Origin: Amoebophrya sp. A120
Lineage: Eukaryota; Protista; Dinoflagellata
Reading direction: 5' to 3'
NCBI GenBank assembly: GCA_905178155.1
Contig: CAJINV010000001.1
Coordinates: 791,643 to 855,642 of the forward strand
DNA length: 64,000 nucleotides
The notes under the pieces are model-generated. The model made no database searches and was not told where the DNA came from. It was given only the letters and a program-made list of their open reading frames with translations. The translations under genes were made by a program, and so were the position numbers. Shown one piece after another: positions 12,757 through 25,181 of the stretch (its first letter is position 1; every line of letters starts with the position of its first letter).

Positions 12757-14406
12757 GATGCTTAGAAGAGGTCATTGCGAGGATAGAAACGCCACTCCCT
12801 TCCAAAAGGTTTGTTCAGCTACACGTTTACTGCGCACCGAGGAAATTTTTATACTGAAACTGATGCATGTACACCTACAAGCAGCTCAAAAATCAACAAG
12901 TTCTCACGCGCACCCGCAGCATTCAAAGTCCGAAACTGCGACGCAGCGGGCTGGCCCAGCATGCGTCCTGGAGAACGCCCGTTTCCGCGGTGCGCCGAAG
13001 CGGCAGGGTAGGTGTTCATGCCGGTGGTCTTGTGTTGACCTGGAATAAGAAGTTATTGGTGGAAGAATTAAGATTAACTGCCATGCTCTGTTTTCTTCGT
13101 TCAACATGCAGAAATGCCGAAATTACATTCGCGGTGCTTAGGCCATCTGGAGAAAGTTGTGACCCAACAAAACAACAGCAATATCCGCTCCAACTAGAAG
13201 AAACAATGACATCAATGAGAACGAAGACAATACAAAGCACCAACTACTATAACATGGAATATGAGTAAGAGTAGATTTCCGAAAGAAACCATACCGCCGT
13301 TGCCGCCACGCTTGTTCATCTTATTGATTTCGTTGTCGACGGGGACAGTGCTTGAATGTCGTCTGCTTTTTCAGCGGCTTTGAAACTTCTTTTGCTTCTT
13401 GTTCCTTTCACTTGAACTTGGTCGTGCCGACGGCGAGGAGAGAATTTTACACGACAACTTTTCAGCTGCAATGAGATATTTTTTTGTTGAGACAAAAAGA
13501 AATTTTAGTGGTCTTTACAAGGTCTTTACAGAATTAGTTAGACGAGTAATGCGAGCGAAATTTTCGTTTTCCGCAAGCTGCTCAAATATTTGCTACTGTT
13601 TTTGGAGAAAAAAAAATTTTCGTTCCAAGTGACAACGAAATGCCACCATGCTCAATTATATTACGAGGAAGAGAAAACAAATCAACGGAAGCATCGAAAT
13701 GGTTTTTACTAGACCACTTGAGCTCGACGTTGACCTTGCTGAAAGAAAAGGAAAAAAAAAACAAACAGGTCGTGATCTTTTGACAAATGTTGATCTTTCT
13801 TCTTGCCGGATCCAATAACTCACCTTTTTCAACGGAAAAAGGCTTTTTGTGACGACACAACTGAAGGAGAAGAAAAAGCCACTAAGCATCTTGGTGATGA
13901 TCTGGTGTATGCTGATCTTGTTTCTGAGGGAAAGGAACCATGAAACCAACGAGCATGAAAGAGAAAAAAATGCGCGGTTTATCGATAATGCATCCTTATT
14001 CTGTACAAAGGGCTGAAAACGGGACACGAAAAAGCGAAGCAGTAGTACGAGGCTCTGTTGAACTGATGTGGAAGCAGAGGACACTTATTTGAGTAAAGAC
14101 ACAAAAAAACATAAACACCGATATGATTTCTCTCGCTTTCTGTTTTCTCCGCAACAGTGCGGACGAACACCGGCTATTTTCCCGTCGCCCAGCGCAATGC
14201 CGAATCGCGGAACGCAAGTTTTGCGTTCAAGTGCGATAGGAAGATTGAAAGTCACGCTGTAATTTCTTTCTTTGTTCTTCCTTCCTGCTGAAAATGGAAG
14301 GGAAGGAAGTACAGAACAATACAGTTCGGGACAGAAGGCAAAATTTGACCTGCATGACAGCCGCATTAATAACAAATTCAGATCTTCTCGTCACGGCTCC
14401 TGTTGT

Positions 14407-17400
14407 TTATTTCCACAAACTCCATACCAAACGCAAAACGCCACACCAGCAGTCAATCAACGTGGTTGCCATCGTCTTCTGACGGGGTGTTGTCGAGCAG
14501 TCCTGAGTGTTCGCCGATTGCACCGTCGTGCTGCTCGTTCTCGTCTTCTGGCAAAGTTGTATAACTTCTACAGCACCCTGCTCCTCCTCCTCGAACTCAT
14601 CGCGGCAAGCATGCAACGAATCCTTTAAGTCAAAAAGTTCTTCCGTTTGTTCACGCCGCGGTGACGAGGAAATATCCGGCGCGTCGCACAAGGTAACATA
14701 ACAGGCGTTTTGGAGGTTACTAGTATAATTGTGCTGTGGTAGCACGTCGCCGTGCTTCATCTCACGTAGCATTTCATCTCTGCGCTCTGGGTAGAAGTTT
14801 GTCGTGCGCTCCTCGTCCAACCCGCCATGTAGTATATCCCCGCTGAAAAACCGGTCCTGCTCGCGCAGCATCGCAGTCCACTCGTTCTCGGATGGTAGCC
14901 CAAAAACCTCCTCCCAGAGGGAGTAGACAAGGTGGTGATCATGCGCCGGGTTGTCTTGATGATGATGTTGATCTTCCTCGTATACTGAGGGGTCGCAGGG
15001 TCCTTCGGAGTAGATTTTCGTGTTGCACCTTGCCTCTTCTACTTCATTGCCAACATTCAGTGCCTGATGCTCGTCTTGGTCACGCTCTTTTCCAACAGAC
15101 GGCTGACGTGCACAGTCAAGATGTGCTGTGGTTTCTCTCTGGTGCTGTCGTGGCTCGGGATTCGTTCGCTCCCTCGTTTCCTCCACCGCGAACATTTCGT
15201 CCCACTCGCACACACGAGCAGTTGTAGTACAACCACGAGCCTGGTGCTCCTCTTCTCGACTCTGGTCTACTGCCCTTCGCTTGTTGTCCCCAGGCCCTTC
15301 TACTACAGGAAGTGCCTGCGCCGCTGCTGTATCGATTTCTGTTCCCTCCTGTCGACTGTCGTAATGTCCCAGCTGGTCGCGGTCCTCCTCCGCATCGTCA
15401 TTTTCAACCGAGGCGGAACTTGACATGTTCGCACCTGGTCGTGTACTAGCTGCACAATTTTTCCGCTCGTCGTCCATCGAAGCTTGTCGTATCTGCTCTG
15501 TGTTATAAACCAGCGACGCCTTATTTTCCTTGTGCCGGTTGTCGGAGCCCGATGAACTACTTGATGTGGCATCAATAGTTCGTGCCTCGGCAGGATGAAC
15601 CACGCGAAGAGCATCTAGATCGACCGCGGAAGAATACGACCTAGATCTGGTTTCTCCCGGCGCGCAATGCCGTTTTCTCGCCGGTGGATGAAGGTCCTCC
15701 AGATCGTCAACATCACGCGTCGGGTTGTAGCGATCTAGGTTTCCTCGTCCCACCTCCACGTTAATTTCACTGACTGCCGGCGAAACATTATAGTCCTGGT
15801 GCGGTACAATGATCTCGACGTGCGAAGTGGACGAAGACAATTCTGTGTCCATGGACATCTCTGCCGGCTCCTCTTCATCGTCGTGCAAGACTGATCCGGG
15901 GGAAGTTTCCGCTTCGTGCGTAGTTGGGAGGCATCTATTATTTTTCATCGTACTGCTTGGAGCAGCTCGAACATCCTCCACCTCCCCGACAGCACAGTTC
16001 GTACCGGCGTGAGGACGCTGTTCTTCTTGTTCCAGCGAGCACATCTTCAAAGGGTCTCCAGCTTTATCCTCCTCCATAAACGTAGTTCTTGCACCAGGAG
16101 GTCCTGGTAACTCTGTACCTGTAGCCACCGCAGGCGATACTACTCCTGAGGCCGCGCCCTCGAAGGAGTCCTTATTAGTACGGGAAGTAGAAGATGCAGC
16201 TATAGTGGTGTTTGTCCGTCGCACGTCGTGATGCTGCAGAATTTCATCCACGATCTGCAGCTCCTGTTCTAGTAGTCCTTGGACGGTCGATAATTCTTCC
16301 AGACCCTCGACGTAAACAAGGGAGTCATTCTTGTTGCACAATTTTGATCTTGTAGGCTGCTCAGGCAGTTTTTCTTCCTCCTCTGCGCGGCCGCTTGTGG
16401 CAGCTACAGGAAGATCTTTTCGAGATAAAACCATCGCATCGTCGTGTCTCGGAAACCCATTTGGCTGCTCGCGCAGAGAGGTTCCTTCGTCTGTGGTCTT
16501 GTGCGTCTTCTTTTTCTTTTTCTTCCTCTTTTTTCCGCCGGACTTGATGTTGGCTGCGCTCGAAGTTGGAACGTGGTCAACATTTAGATCTACTTCCGCG
16601 GTTTTGACAACCGTCGGCTCCTCTGGCGTCTTTATTTTGCACGGCTTCGAACGATCATTTTCAATTTCATCTGCGGGGGCAGCTGTCGCCCCTCGCCGGC
16701 TCCTTTGGTCCACCGGTGGAGCAGAAGTCGCAGAAACGGACCTGCCAGAAGTAGCTGCTGCCACATGTTGAGTATCAATCTCGCTTGAAGGACAGGGGAC
16801 CTGCTTCTTCAGTTCTTCCCGGATCTCGTCTAAGCTAGCTCGGTACCCGGTTGCCTCGTAAATCGCATCGCTGAAGGAACTATGCAGAAAGCAATAGCAT
16901 TCAATCACAACTGATCATTATCTACGTAGAAGCACGGCGCGCATGACAAATTTCTGAAAATTGAATTTTATGCGCTGCTGCAAACTGGACTAAAGGCAAA
17001 ACCAAAGCCTCGTGCTTCGTACAAACAATGTACAACAGGATAAAAGAACTCTTTTGCGCAATGGATATGTTTTCGCCACCTCTTCCAGCCCGGCGTTTTG
17101 TTGCACCAGCTTCGTCGCGACGTCCTCCAGCATCACGGACGCTGCAGGGGAGGCGAAGCTCTTCTGCTTTTCCAGAAAGTCTGCCGTTGTGTGGAAGCTC
17201 TTCTTCACGACCGCGCTGTCATGATTGGAACTGCGTGCTTCCTCTTTTTGCTCCTTCGTGATCTCGTATGCCTTCTCTCTTTGAACATCCTGATTCTTTT
17301 TAAGTTCTCCGTTCGCGGATGAGGAAGAGCAAACACCAGCTCCGTCTGGTGTTGTACTAGGGAGTGACAAAAATGTTTCCTGCGCGTACAAGAACGGGCT

Positions 17401-20400
17401 GGATGTTGATAGTTGCTTGTTTGGCACGACCAGATTGTTCAACATCTCGGTCCTCTCCTGCTGACGCGATGCCAAGCCCATCGTGAAGCCTGTCAGGATA
17501 TCTGGGCAGTAGCTGGGTACCACTACCGAGGACGTTGGGGGGCACGACGCGAGGCCAGCACCAGTGGCTCTCCAAGCCGAAGACGCGAGGGAAGCAGATA
17601 ACTGCTGCTCGGGAGGTTGTACAGGAGCTTGCGCTTGGTGTACTTGTGGCGATTTTTGTAGTTGTGCTTCTTTTGGAGGAGGAGATTTTGGTGGCTGCTG
17701 CACACGACGACCCTTCCCTCTCTTACTGTCATGATCTTCTTGCGGATCTATCAACTTCTCGCGCTTCATCTTCGCTACGTCTTCGGGCGTGACTACTCGT
17801 ATCGTGGGCGGCATGCAGTGCCCCCAGGAAGTAGTTGTGCTGCTGACGTTGACGTAGGTTTGGTCAAGTGCAGTAGTGGGGATTTTCTTGCCAACATGAA
17901 CATTTTTGTCAACAACCCTCTCCGACGAGGTAATAAAACCATCAGCACCAGAGGCAGGGGCGGCGTTTCCTATAATAGCTTTCGTCTTTTGTTCTGCTGC
18001 TTGCAAGCGCAACGGAGCTCCGGCGGCCTTGAGGTGGATCTTCGTTGTTGTTTTTTGCTGTACTTCAGTTGTTTGACATTGATTCGCGCCACCACGACGC
18101 GCATGATTCTTAATACTGCTCGTTGCTTTCGACGTGTTCTTCCTGGTAGGTTCCTGCACCTGCAGGAACATGCTTTCCACGACTTGCACCGCTGCCTTTG
18201 TCTCCGCTTCTTCCGTCGACAAATGTCCGCTTTGCTGGTTGTGTCGCACCGCTTTTTGAAACATCTGCTGCGCAGAGTCCGGAAGCCGGACCTGCTGCCA
18301 CCGGACGGCGCCAGACGGAAACTTCCCCGTCTTCTCAAACTCCCGCATGGCCAATTCGTGTGCCGCCCGTTGGTCGGGGGAAAGCTGCTTGCACATCTCC
18401 GACATGAACGCCATCTGGATCTTGCGCTCCTGGTCCGTCAGAGGTTCATCTTCCGCAGGTTGTTGTTGGCGTACTAGCGGCTGTTGCTTTTGCTTTTCTT
18501 GTTCGGCTATGCCAAGCTTTACTTTTTCCAAAAGTTCTTTTCTTGATGTTGCGACGGTGTAGTTTGGCTTTGGTGTGTTGACAGAATGCGTTGTAGTCGT
18601 AAAGATTTTTGAAGAAGATGCTCCGGATTTGCTTTTATCAGGAGCTTTCAACATCTTGTCGATTTCGTGTCCCGTCGAAGGTTTCTGTTTTGTAACGGTT
18701 TTCTTTGGATAACCGGTTTTCGAGACCGAGGATCCTGAAGATCTTGGGACGAGGTGGACATCTTTGGAAGACAGAGCAGGACCCGTACTAGTACCTCCCG
18801 TAGAAGTACTACATGAAGAGCTGCCCCAAGCAGCGGCCCCAGGTGCTGCGATAGGCAGCTCCGCAGCGGCCGCGTCCTTCACAACCGTTCTGGCTTTATT
18901 AAAACCTTCCGCTTTATCCTTATCGACCGCCTGACTTTTTAAATTTAGTAGCGCTGCTGCTTCCGCGACGCTACTAGCAGTGTTATTTGTACTAGTGCTG
19001 TCTTGTATTTTGCTTTTCGGGAGCATAATTCCCGTTTCGTTGCAATGCTGCTTTGCCCAAAGCATGGTTTCCTGCGTCTCCTTTTCCATGAATTTTTTCA
19101 TGGCGCGCTTGCGCGCGTGCTTGTTCATCCCCTTCAGGTCCAGCGTCTCGGTGAGAAACATACCGTGGGGCGAGATCTCGACCTTGATTCGCGGATCGCT
19201 GTTCGGTGTTGTGCTCGTATTGGACGAGCAGTCGTTTTGGATCATTTTTGACGCTAATGTTGTTCCACTGTCGACAGTAGCTGCAGGGGGCAGAGGTTCC
19301 GATATTAACGGAGCCCCTTGCTCGGGATGAATCCCTGCCCGTTCGTTCGCCAGCGCGGTCTCCTCAGATACACGGGATGAGCACGACATTTTCTTGACGT
19401 AGTCTTCCTCCAACTTTGTCATCCCTTCCTTTATACTATCTTGCCCGTCGGGGTGCCCCCTAGTACTTTTTGCCCCCTCCAAATCATCCTGACAGCTTCC
19501 CTGCTGAAGTTTCTTTCTTCCCTCGCTTTCGTCGCATGTTGGAGCTGCAGGTCGAGGTTGTGCAAATCTTGCCGCACTTCTCCCAAGTTGACTTAGTTCC
19601 TCGGTTGTTCTCGGGTGATTTATTTCTGCGTAAAGTTCGGCTTCCTTCGTATGAAATGTAAAAATGTCTGGGTCTGGAAGCTTGCCAGGTTTGTCATGCA
19701 ATTCTGAAAGACTCATGATGTCTGTGATGCATGCTCTAGCACGACAGTTTTTTAGAGGCCTTTGTGATGCCTCTACCGCATGAGAAATGCCCTCTCCGGG
19801 TAGCACAAACTGGAGTTCTGTTGCTGGTCATGCAATGCAAATTTTTTTAGAATCCAGAGACAGCATCACAAGTTCCAACCTTCCAGACCCAGACATTTTT
19901 ACATTTGATACTTCGTGATATTCTGCAAAATTCGTTCCGTCCGATCGGAGGAGGTCGTCCTCGGAGGTGCAGCTTTAGAAGAAGTACCAGTCGCCGTCTG
20001 AATCAACGAAGACCCGACTGCTTTTTTAGTACCAGCAGAACAACCTCCAGGTGGAGCAACACGATGTTGATCCTTTTTCTTCTTCTCTTTTTTCCACTGG
20101 ATCTTACTCGTTTGCGCAGACGCGGAACCACCGGGCAGCTTCTGCTTGACCTGGTGGTAAATCGGGCAATCCACGCGCACATCCCCGGGGGCGTCGTCCT
20201 CGAGGCCCCCCGGGTGGCGAAACTGGCAGGCCCAGCCACGCACACAGTTTCCCCTTTTCCAAAGCGGACAAGCCGGTCCTTCTATGCTGTAATTCGACCA
20301 ACCAGCAGTCAAAGACGATGAAGTTGTTGCGCGAGGAGCGACTAGTAGGGGATCATTGGCACCTGTGAGTTGTTCCGTGCCAGACTCATGTGCTGGATCT

Positions 20401-20747
20401 GAGGGAGGTAGACACGAGTTGTTCTTGTTTTCCCGTTTTCCTGCAACATCGGAAGGCATCTGATGTTGCTCTTCTGTGCCAGAGCTGCACAATGAGTGTT
20501 CCTCGGGTGTTGACGTTGCGTTCGGTGCAGCGGCGTGTGTCGCTCCCGTATTTTCAAAATCGTGCAGGACGCTGGGGCCTACTTCAGTCTCGGCGGGCCA
20601 CCAGGACGAGCCCTCCTGATCCGACACAGACAGCGACACAGACAGGGAACTGCTTCTCGATGTTCTGCGAACCACCGGAAGCGAGTTGACTGCATCAGTG
20701 TCTGGTGGAGGCGTGAAATTCTTCATCTTGTTCTCCGAAGAAGCCAA
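14407..20747 (-). CDS. Very large, mostly disordered protein with an N-terminal CCCH zinc finger
   Basis: CPLWKRGNCVRGWACQFRH. ORFs 19899-20747 and 16990-19806 join in frame across element 19650-19910 (LQNITK|EAELY). ORF 14407-16908 is in the same frame across a degenerate element. Confidence 0.7.
16881..17067. mobile_element. Degenerate TIR-like intron (no recognisable TSD)
   Basis: TAT...ATA ends, weak IR (TATGCAGAAAGCAATAG vs TATCCATTGCGCAAAAG), GCATGACAAA motif. 187+5=192 nt keeps the flanking ORFs in frame. Confidence 0.5.
19650..19910. mobile_element. TIR intron-like element, family A, TSD CTTCG
   Basis: TATGAAATGTAAAAATGTCTGGGTCTGGAAG...CTTCCAGACCCAGACATTTTTACATTTGATA. CTTCG on both sides. 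Confidence 0.95.
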
Positions 20748-21498
20748 ATTCGCTTCGTCAATTCTGGTGGAATTGGAAACAACAAGGTGACTTTACCTCC
20801 ACATTCCGTACGTCATAATATGCCGGTCGCAAGACCAAAGCCATTATTCACGCGGCACGGGTGCGCAACAATGAGAACGCAGCGGTTCAAACCACTTACG
20901 ACCGATAACATATGTTGCTCCTCCTATCCTGTTTCCGTCACCGGTAAATTTCTACCTGCTACAAGAGCGTCGCTCTGTGAGGCTTGTTGACGACAAGCAG
21001 TTTGTTCATCCACGTTTATGTACGTGCATGGGCAGCAAACGAACTGCACTTGCAATGCGGCAAAGGAATCCGCAGAGTAAACGAAGGTAAGAACAAGCGC
21101 AATCGCAAGTAACACAAATCGATACGAACAGAAATCTAAGTTTTTTCGAATTCTTGTTTGGCTTTTTTAGATCGCTACTTTAAACATTTTTTTTGCAGAA
21201 CACCGGAACCGGTCCCGACGGGAGACGCAGCTAGTTGTATTCCAGGGTGCCTCCGTAGTTCTCGGAGAAGAGAGAGCTTTCGCAGAAGCTGATCGTAACA
21301 TAAAAATTATGCGCAATTGTAGAACTTCCAACTCTACGAGGTTACCAATGACATGTTCAAGGGACTGTCCCTTCGTCTTTCTCAATCGAAAGAGCAGTGC
21401 CGTCCGTTTTCATTTTACACCGACGAAAAGAGAAGCTCTCCTGGGGCGAAATAAATGCAGAAACATAGTATTTCCATTTTTTGTTCCTGCCAAGAATT

Positions 21499-22126
21499 TC
21501 AGCTCACCAAGTCGTCCTTCTTTACCAGACAGTACACTCTATCATCCAGATTGATTCCCCGCAGATGTGTGTCCTCGGACGTGGCCCGCATTAAAAGCCC
21601 ACCGAAACTGATGTGCACTGTGGTCTTCCCGTCCTTTTGCGACCGCTCGTAGCAGGTTCCGTAAGTGACGTAGCTGTGATTGTTTTGGGTTTGTATTCAA
21701 TTATGACAAATAGTTTGTGTTCTGCTTCTCCTAGCCACACACATATGCTGTTAGAAGCAAAAGAACCACGAAGTAATTTCTTTTATTGTACCCGAACTTG
21801 TCTGCGATATTTGCGCCCAGGACTCTTTTATCGTGCTGTGCGTAGCTTTCGAGTTTCTCCCCGAGGGCTAGCGTTTTCAGCATGACAATGTGCAGGCTCT
21901 CGCCGACCTCCACGGGATACAGTTCTGTGTACACGTCGTACTCGAGTTTCGTCGAGGTCTCTTGTGATTCCAGCGTGATTCGACCCACCTTGTCAAATCT
22001 GGAGTGATCGACGTTCGAGACGGTCATCACATCCTCGAGGAGGAGATTTGGTGGCTGCATCAGAGCGCCATACTCCGTGATGGCGCTCGTTTGGTTCGTG
22101 CTGCTAGACGTAGCTGCGGCCGGCAT
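21499..22126 (-). CDS. RPB8: RNA polymerase I/II/III shared subunit RPABC3
   Basis: LLEDVMTV...FDKVGRI...DVYTELYPV...ADKFG|YVTYG...ISFGGLLMR. One canonical GT-AG intron. Stop at 21499-21501. Confidence 0.92.
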
Positions 22127-22975
22127 TTTGAAGAAATAATTTGATGTAGTTGATGTCCTGTGTGTAGCGGAAGAAGTATTTTCTCGCTATGTGAACAATA
22201 CCGTCAGAGGTGCAACAAGGACGAGAGACACTTAATACACAAATGTCGTGGCTCAAGATATCAATCTAGCAGTCGGTAAAAATATTCGGTATGCTTTGTG
22301 GTCGTGCGATGAAATAACTAGCGTGCCGCTGATGTTACAAATCATTTACAACACGGGTAATGCTTGCTACTAGTTCTCGGGGGAACTACACCCTATTTTG
22401 ATGTTTCTTGATTTTATCGACACTGAAGAAGATCCTCTTCCAATGGCGGCAGAGAGCAGCCCTGTCTTGATCTTTTCGAACTGATTTTCATCGTCGGGAA
22501 GATTTGGTCATTTTTTGGATCGTTTGATTTGGTTGTGAATTCTACAGAACAAAAGACAATGTCAACGAAACTGTAGAAGGTTTTCTACTGAAATTTTGTT
22601 TTGATGATCACGTATGTAGTTTTCTTGCACATGTGAAGATGTGATTGAACTTCTTACTTTGTCATGCGAAACCAGAAGGGCAAATGTATTTATGGCGCAA
22701 GGTCAGTGCGAAGGGCGCTTCTCTGGTACTATCTACAATTGGAAATGGGTAGTTGTAGTACTAGCAGAAAGTCAGAAATGATAATCAAGTAGCTGACAGC
22801 CCCGTGCACGGAGAAAAGAAGCGGAAATGCTAGCAGCTGGGAAATGCAAACCTCTCGTAGCACACCAATACAGGCTCGCGCATCTACATTGCGGAAACTT
22901 CTCACATAATATTGTGAAGAGGGAAGACACTCGCATGATGACGGCAGCACGGTTTCTGTCAACTTTTATCAACAT

Positions 22976-24412
22976 TCATAGAAAACTGTATCCATTTGTT
23001 GTGTACCAGACCCACAAGAAAGCTCCAAACGGTATGGAATAGTGCCACAGTGTGTGGTAGAACATGAATCCCTGAAACAAGCGCGTCTCTAACTGCCTAT
23101 TCTTGTCCTCCTCGTCGGAAGGCTTTGGGCTAGAAACGGGCTCTGCAGCTGCGAAATTTCCCGTCGACGTTGATGTTATGGCCCGCAGAAAGAGCTCGCT
23201 AATCGGCAACAGGAGATCCACCGCGACTTGGAAAGCGAAAGCTGCGAGGGAGGAGGTTATTGCGAGAGAGGAAGATGCTGGTACAACATTCTTCGTCGTC
23301 CCATCTACTTCGGTCGCTGCCGATGGTAATTTCGGCGTCGGGCAAGTAACACCTCCGACGACTCCGCGAGTTTTTGGCACACACTCGCCGGCGTGCTGCT
23401 CTTCGTGGTCGTAGGCAAAGGATTTCCGGGTTTTCAAAGTGTTTGGAATCGAATCGTTTTTGTTGGCGCTGCTGCTGTTGTTGATGTTGTCCATGCTCTC
23501 TTGGTGTACAGCACTTAACTGCGTTATCATCTGTGGCCCAAGTGTACTAGTTTGAGCGCCGGAAGGAACTCCTATCCTCGCATTTTTATCCCCACGTGAA
23601 GGTGTATGTGCTTGTTGTAGATGAACCTCATCTGGTCGTTCTTGCGTTTTGCTGTGTTCGTCCAGCAAGACAAAGTCCTCGTCTCCGATGCCGCTCTCGA
23701 GTTTTTCACAGGCGTAGTGCCGAATCTCCATCAGATGCACCATGGCCCAGTGGCAGATTTGCGCGGAAACGAAGAAGAAAACTGCGGTGACCAGTGCAAC
23801 GGCGTAAATCGTGATTTGCGTCTGGTCCATGGTCACCATCGCGGCTTTGCACAGCTGCAGGCAGAACAAACTCGAGGCCCAAATCTGGTCCAACCGAGCG
23901 ACGTACCAGGTCAAGCCTGTTGAGATAGGCAATCATTTGAAATTTTTACTTATAGATACTTGCGTTTTTATTGTGAAGAGCATGGCCATCTTCTTTCTTA
24001 GTCATATCTGCGGTGAGGTACGTACTATGATCAGCAAGGCGAAGCACCGGGAGATGAGGGATACAGGAAAAAAAGTTATTAAGTGATCCATTTATTTACC
24101 AAAACACCGCACGTCGCTGGCATACGAGATGAAACCCTGGCAAATGAGAAAAAACGCTTCCCACCGCCACAGGAGCAGGCCGTACCCCGGCCCGCAAGCG
24201 GTGGCCAACTCTTGCGATTTCAAGTAGACGTAGATGCCGATCAAGGTGTAGGTGAAACTGGAACTTGCGTACCACCAGGTGTTTTGCGCCAGCGGTCGCC
24301 AGTGGTTGGCCATGCAACCGTGGATCGCCTCGGAGACCCACTTGGACATGTGAAGGTATTGACTCGACTCCTCGCAGTGGCCTAGGTACCAGGCTCGGAC
24401 CGTGGCTAACAT
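22976..24412 (-). CDS. Multi-pass membrane protein with C-terminal HTLWH motif (CREST-like hydrolase, tentative)
   Basis: Two exons (24092-24412 with a GTAA donor, 22976-23932), several hydrophobic helices, SYASD and HTLWHY motifs. Confidence 0.6.
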
Positions 24413-25181
24413 TGTGCTCTTGTTGTTCTCTCCTGCAGCGAGTTCTTTACTATGAGAGACGAGGTAAGGTCTTTAGAAATTTCTTGCAAGGTGAGACACT
24501 TACCAACATACTGAAACCTATACATCTTTAAACAGACCTTCTTTCGCGAATGGGATCTACCTCATAGCAATAAATCGACCAGAAATGCTTCAATCACAAC
24601 GCGCGATCCAAAATACGAATATCATATCTTCCTAAAATGCCACCGATGGCATGAGAGAGGGGGGTGGAATGATGAAGCGCCGTAGCCTGCGGACATTGTT
24701 CGCACGGAAACTCGCTAGAAAAAAGAAGTTCACGATTGACCTAGCTCGACCTTTCCTCTTCGTAGTGCATTTGCATCTGCATGTGCAGCGCAGTCAAGAT
24801 GAGAAATAAAAAATTACGATTTTCTCATACCTCAACCGAAAATGAGTATAAAGCACTCAACTATATTAAACGCTCGACATGTTAGTACCGGCGAATAATG
24901 GGGCAGACGGTCCTTCTTGGTTTTGCGTATCGATACCAGGGCCAAGACCCGCACGACAAGTTGTTGATACTATGTGTACGTGAATATTCGAACACCTTTC
25001 CTGATGCGTACTCATCATCAGCACTGCCCGTGAGTAAGTGCATTGATGTGGTCCGAGAATAAAGGCAATTGTAATCAAAGATGAAGTTGTTCTCCTCTAT
25101 GTGGTTGTATTGCTGTCGCGCACGACTGAAGATGGAAGAGCGTCTGGCTTCACTCCACCTCCAGCAAGATTCACATGTACA

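Noticed and set aside
22248-22257. GTGGCTCAAG resembling the 3' end of the dinoflagellate spliced leader
   Set aside because: Only a short match, and on the strand opposite to the genes; expected by chance.
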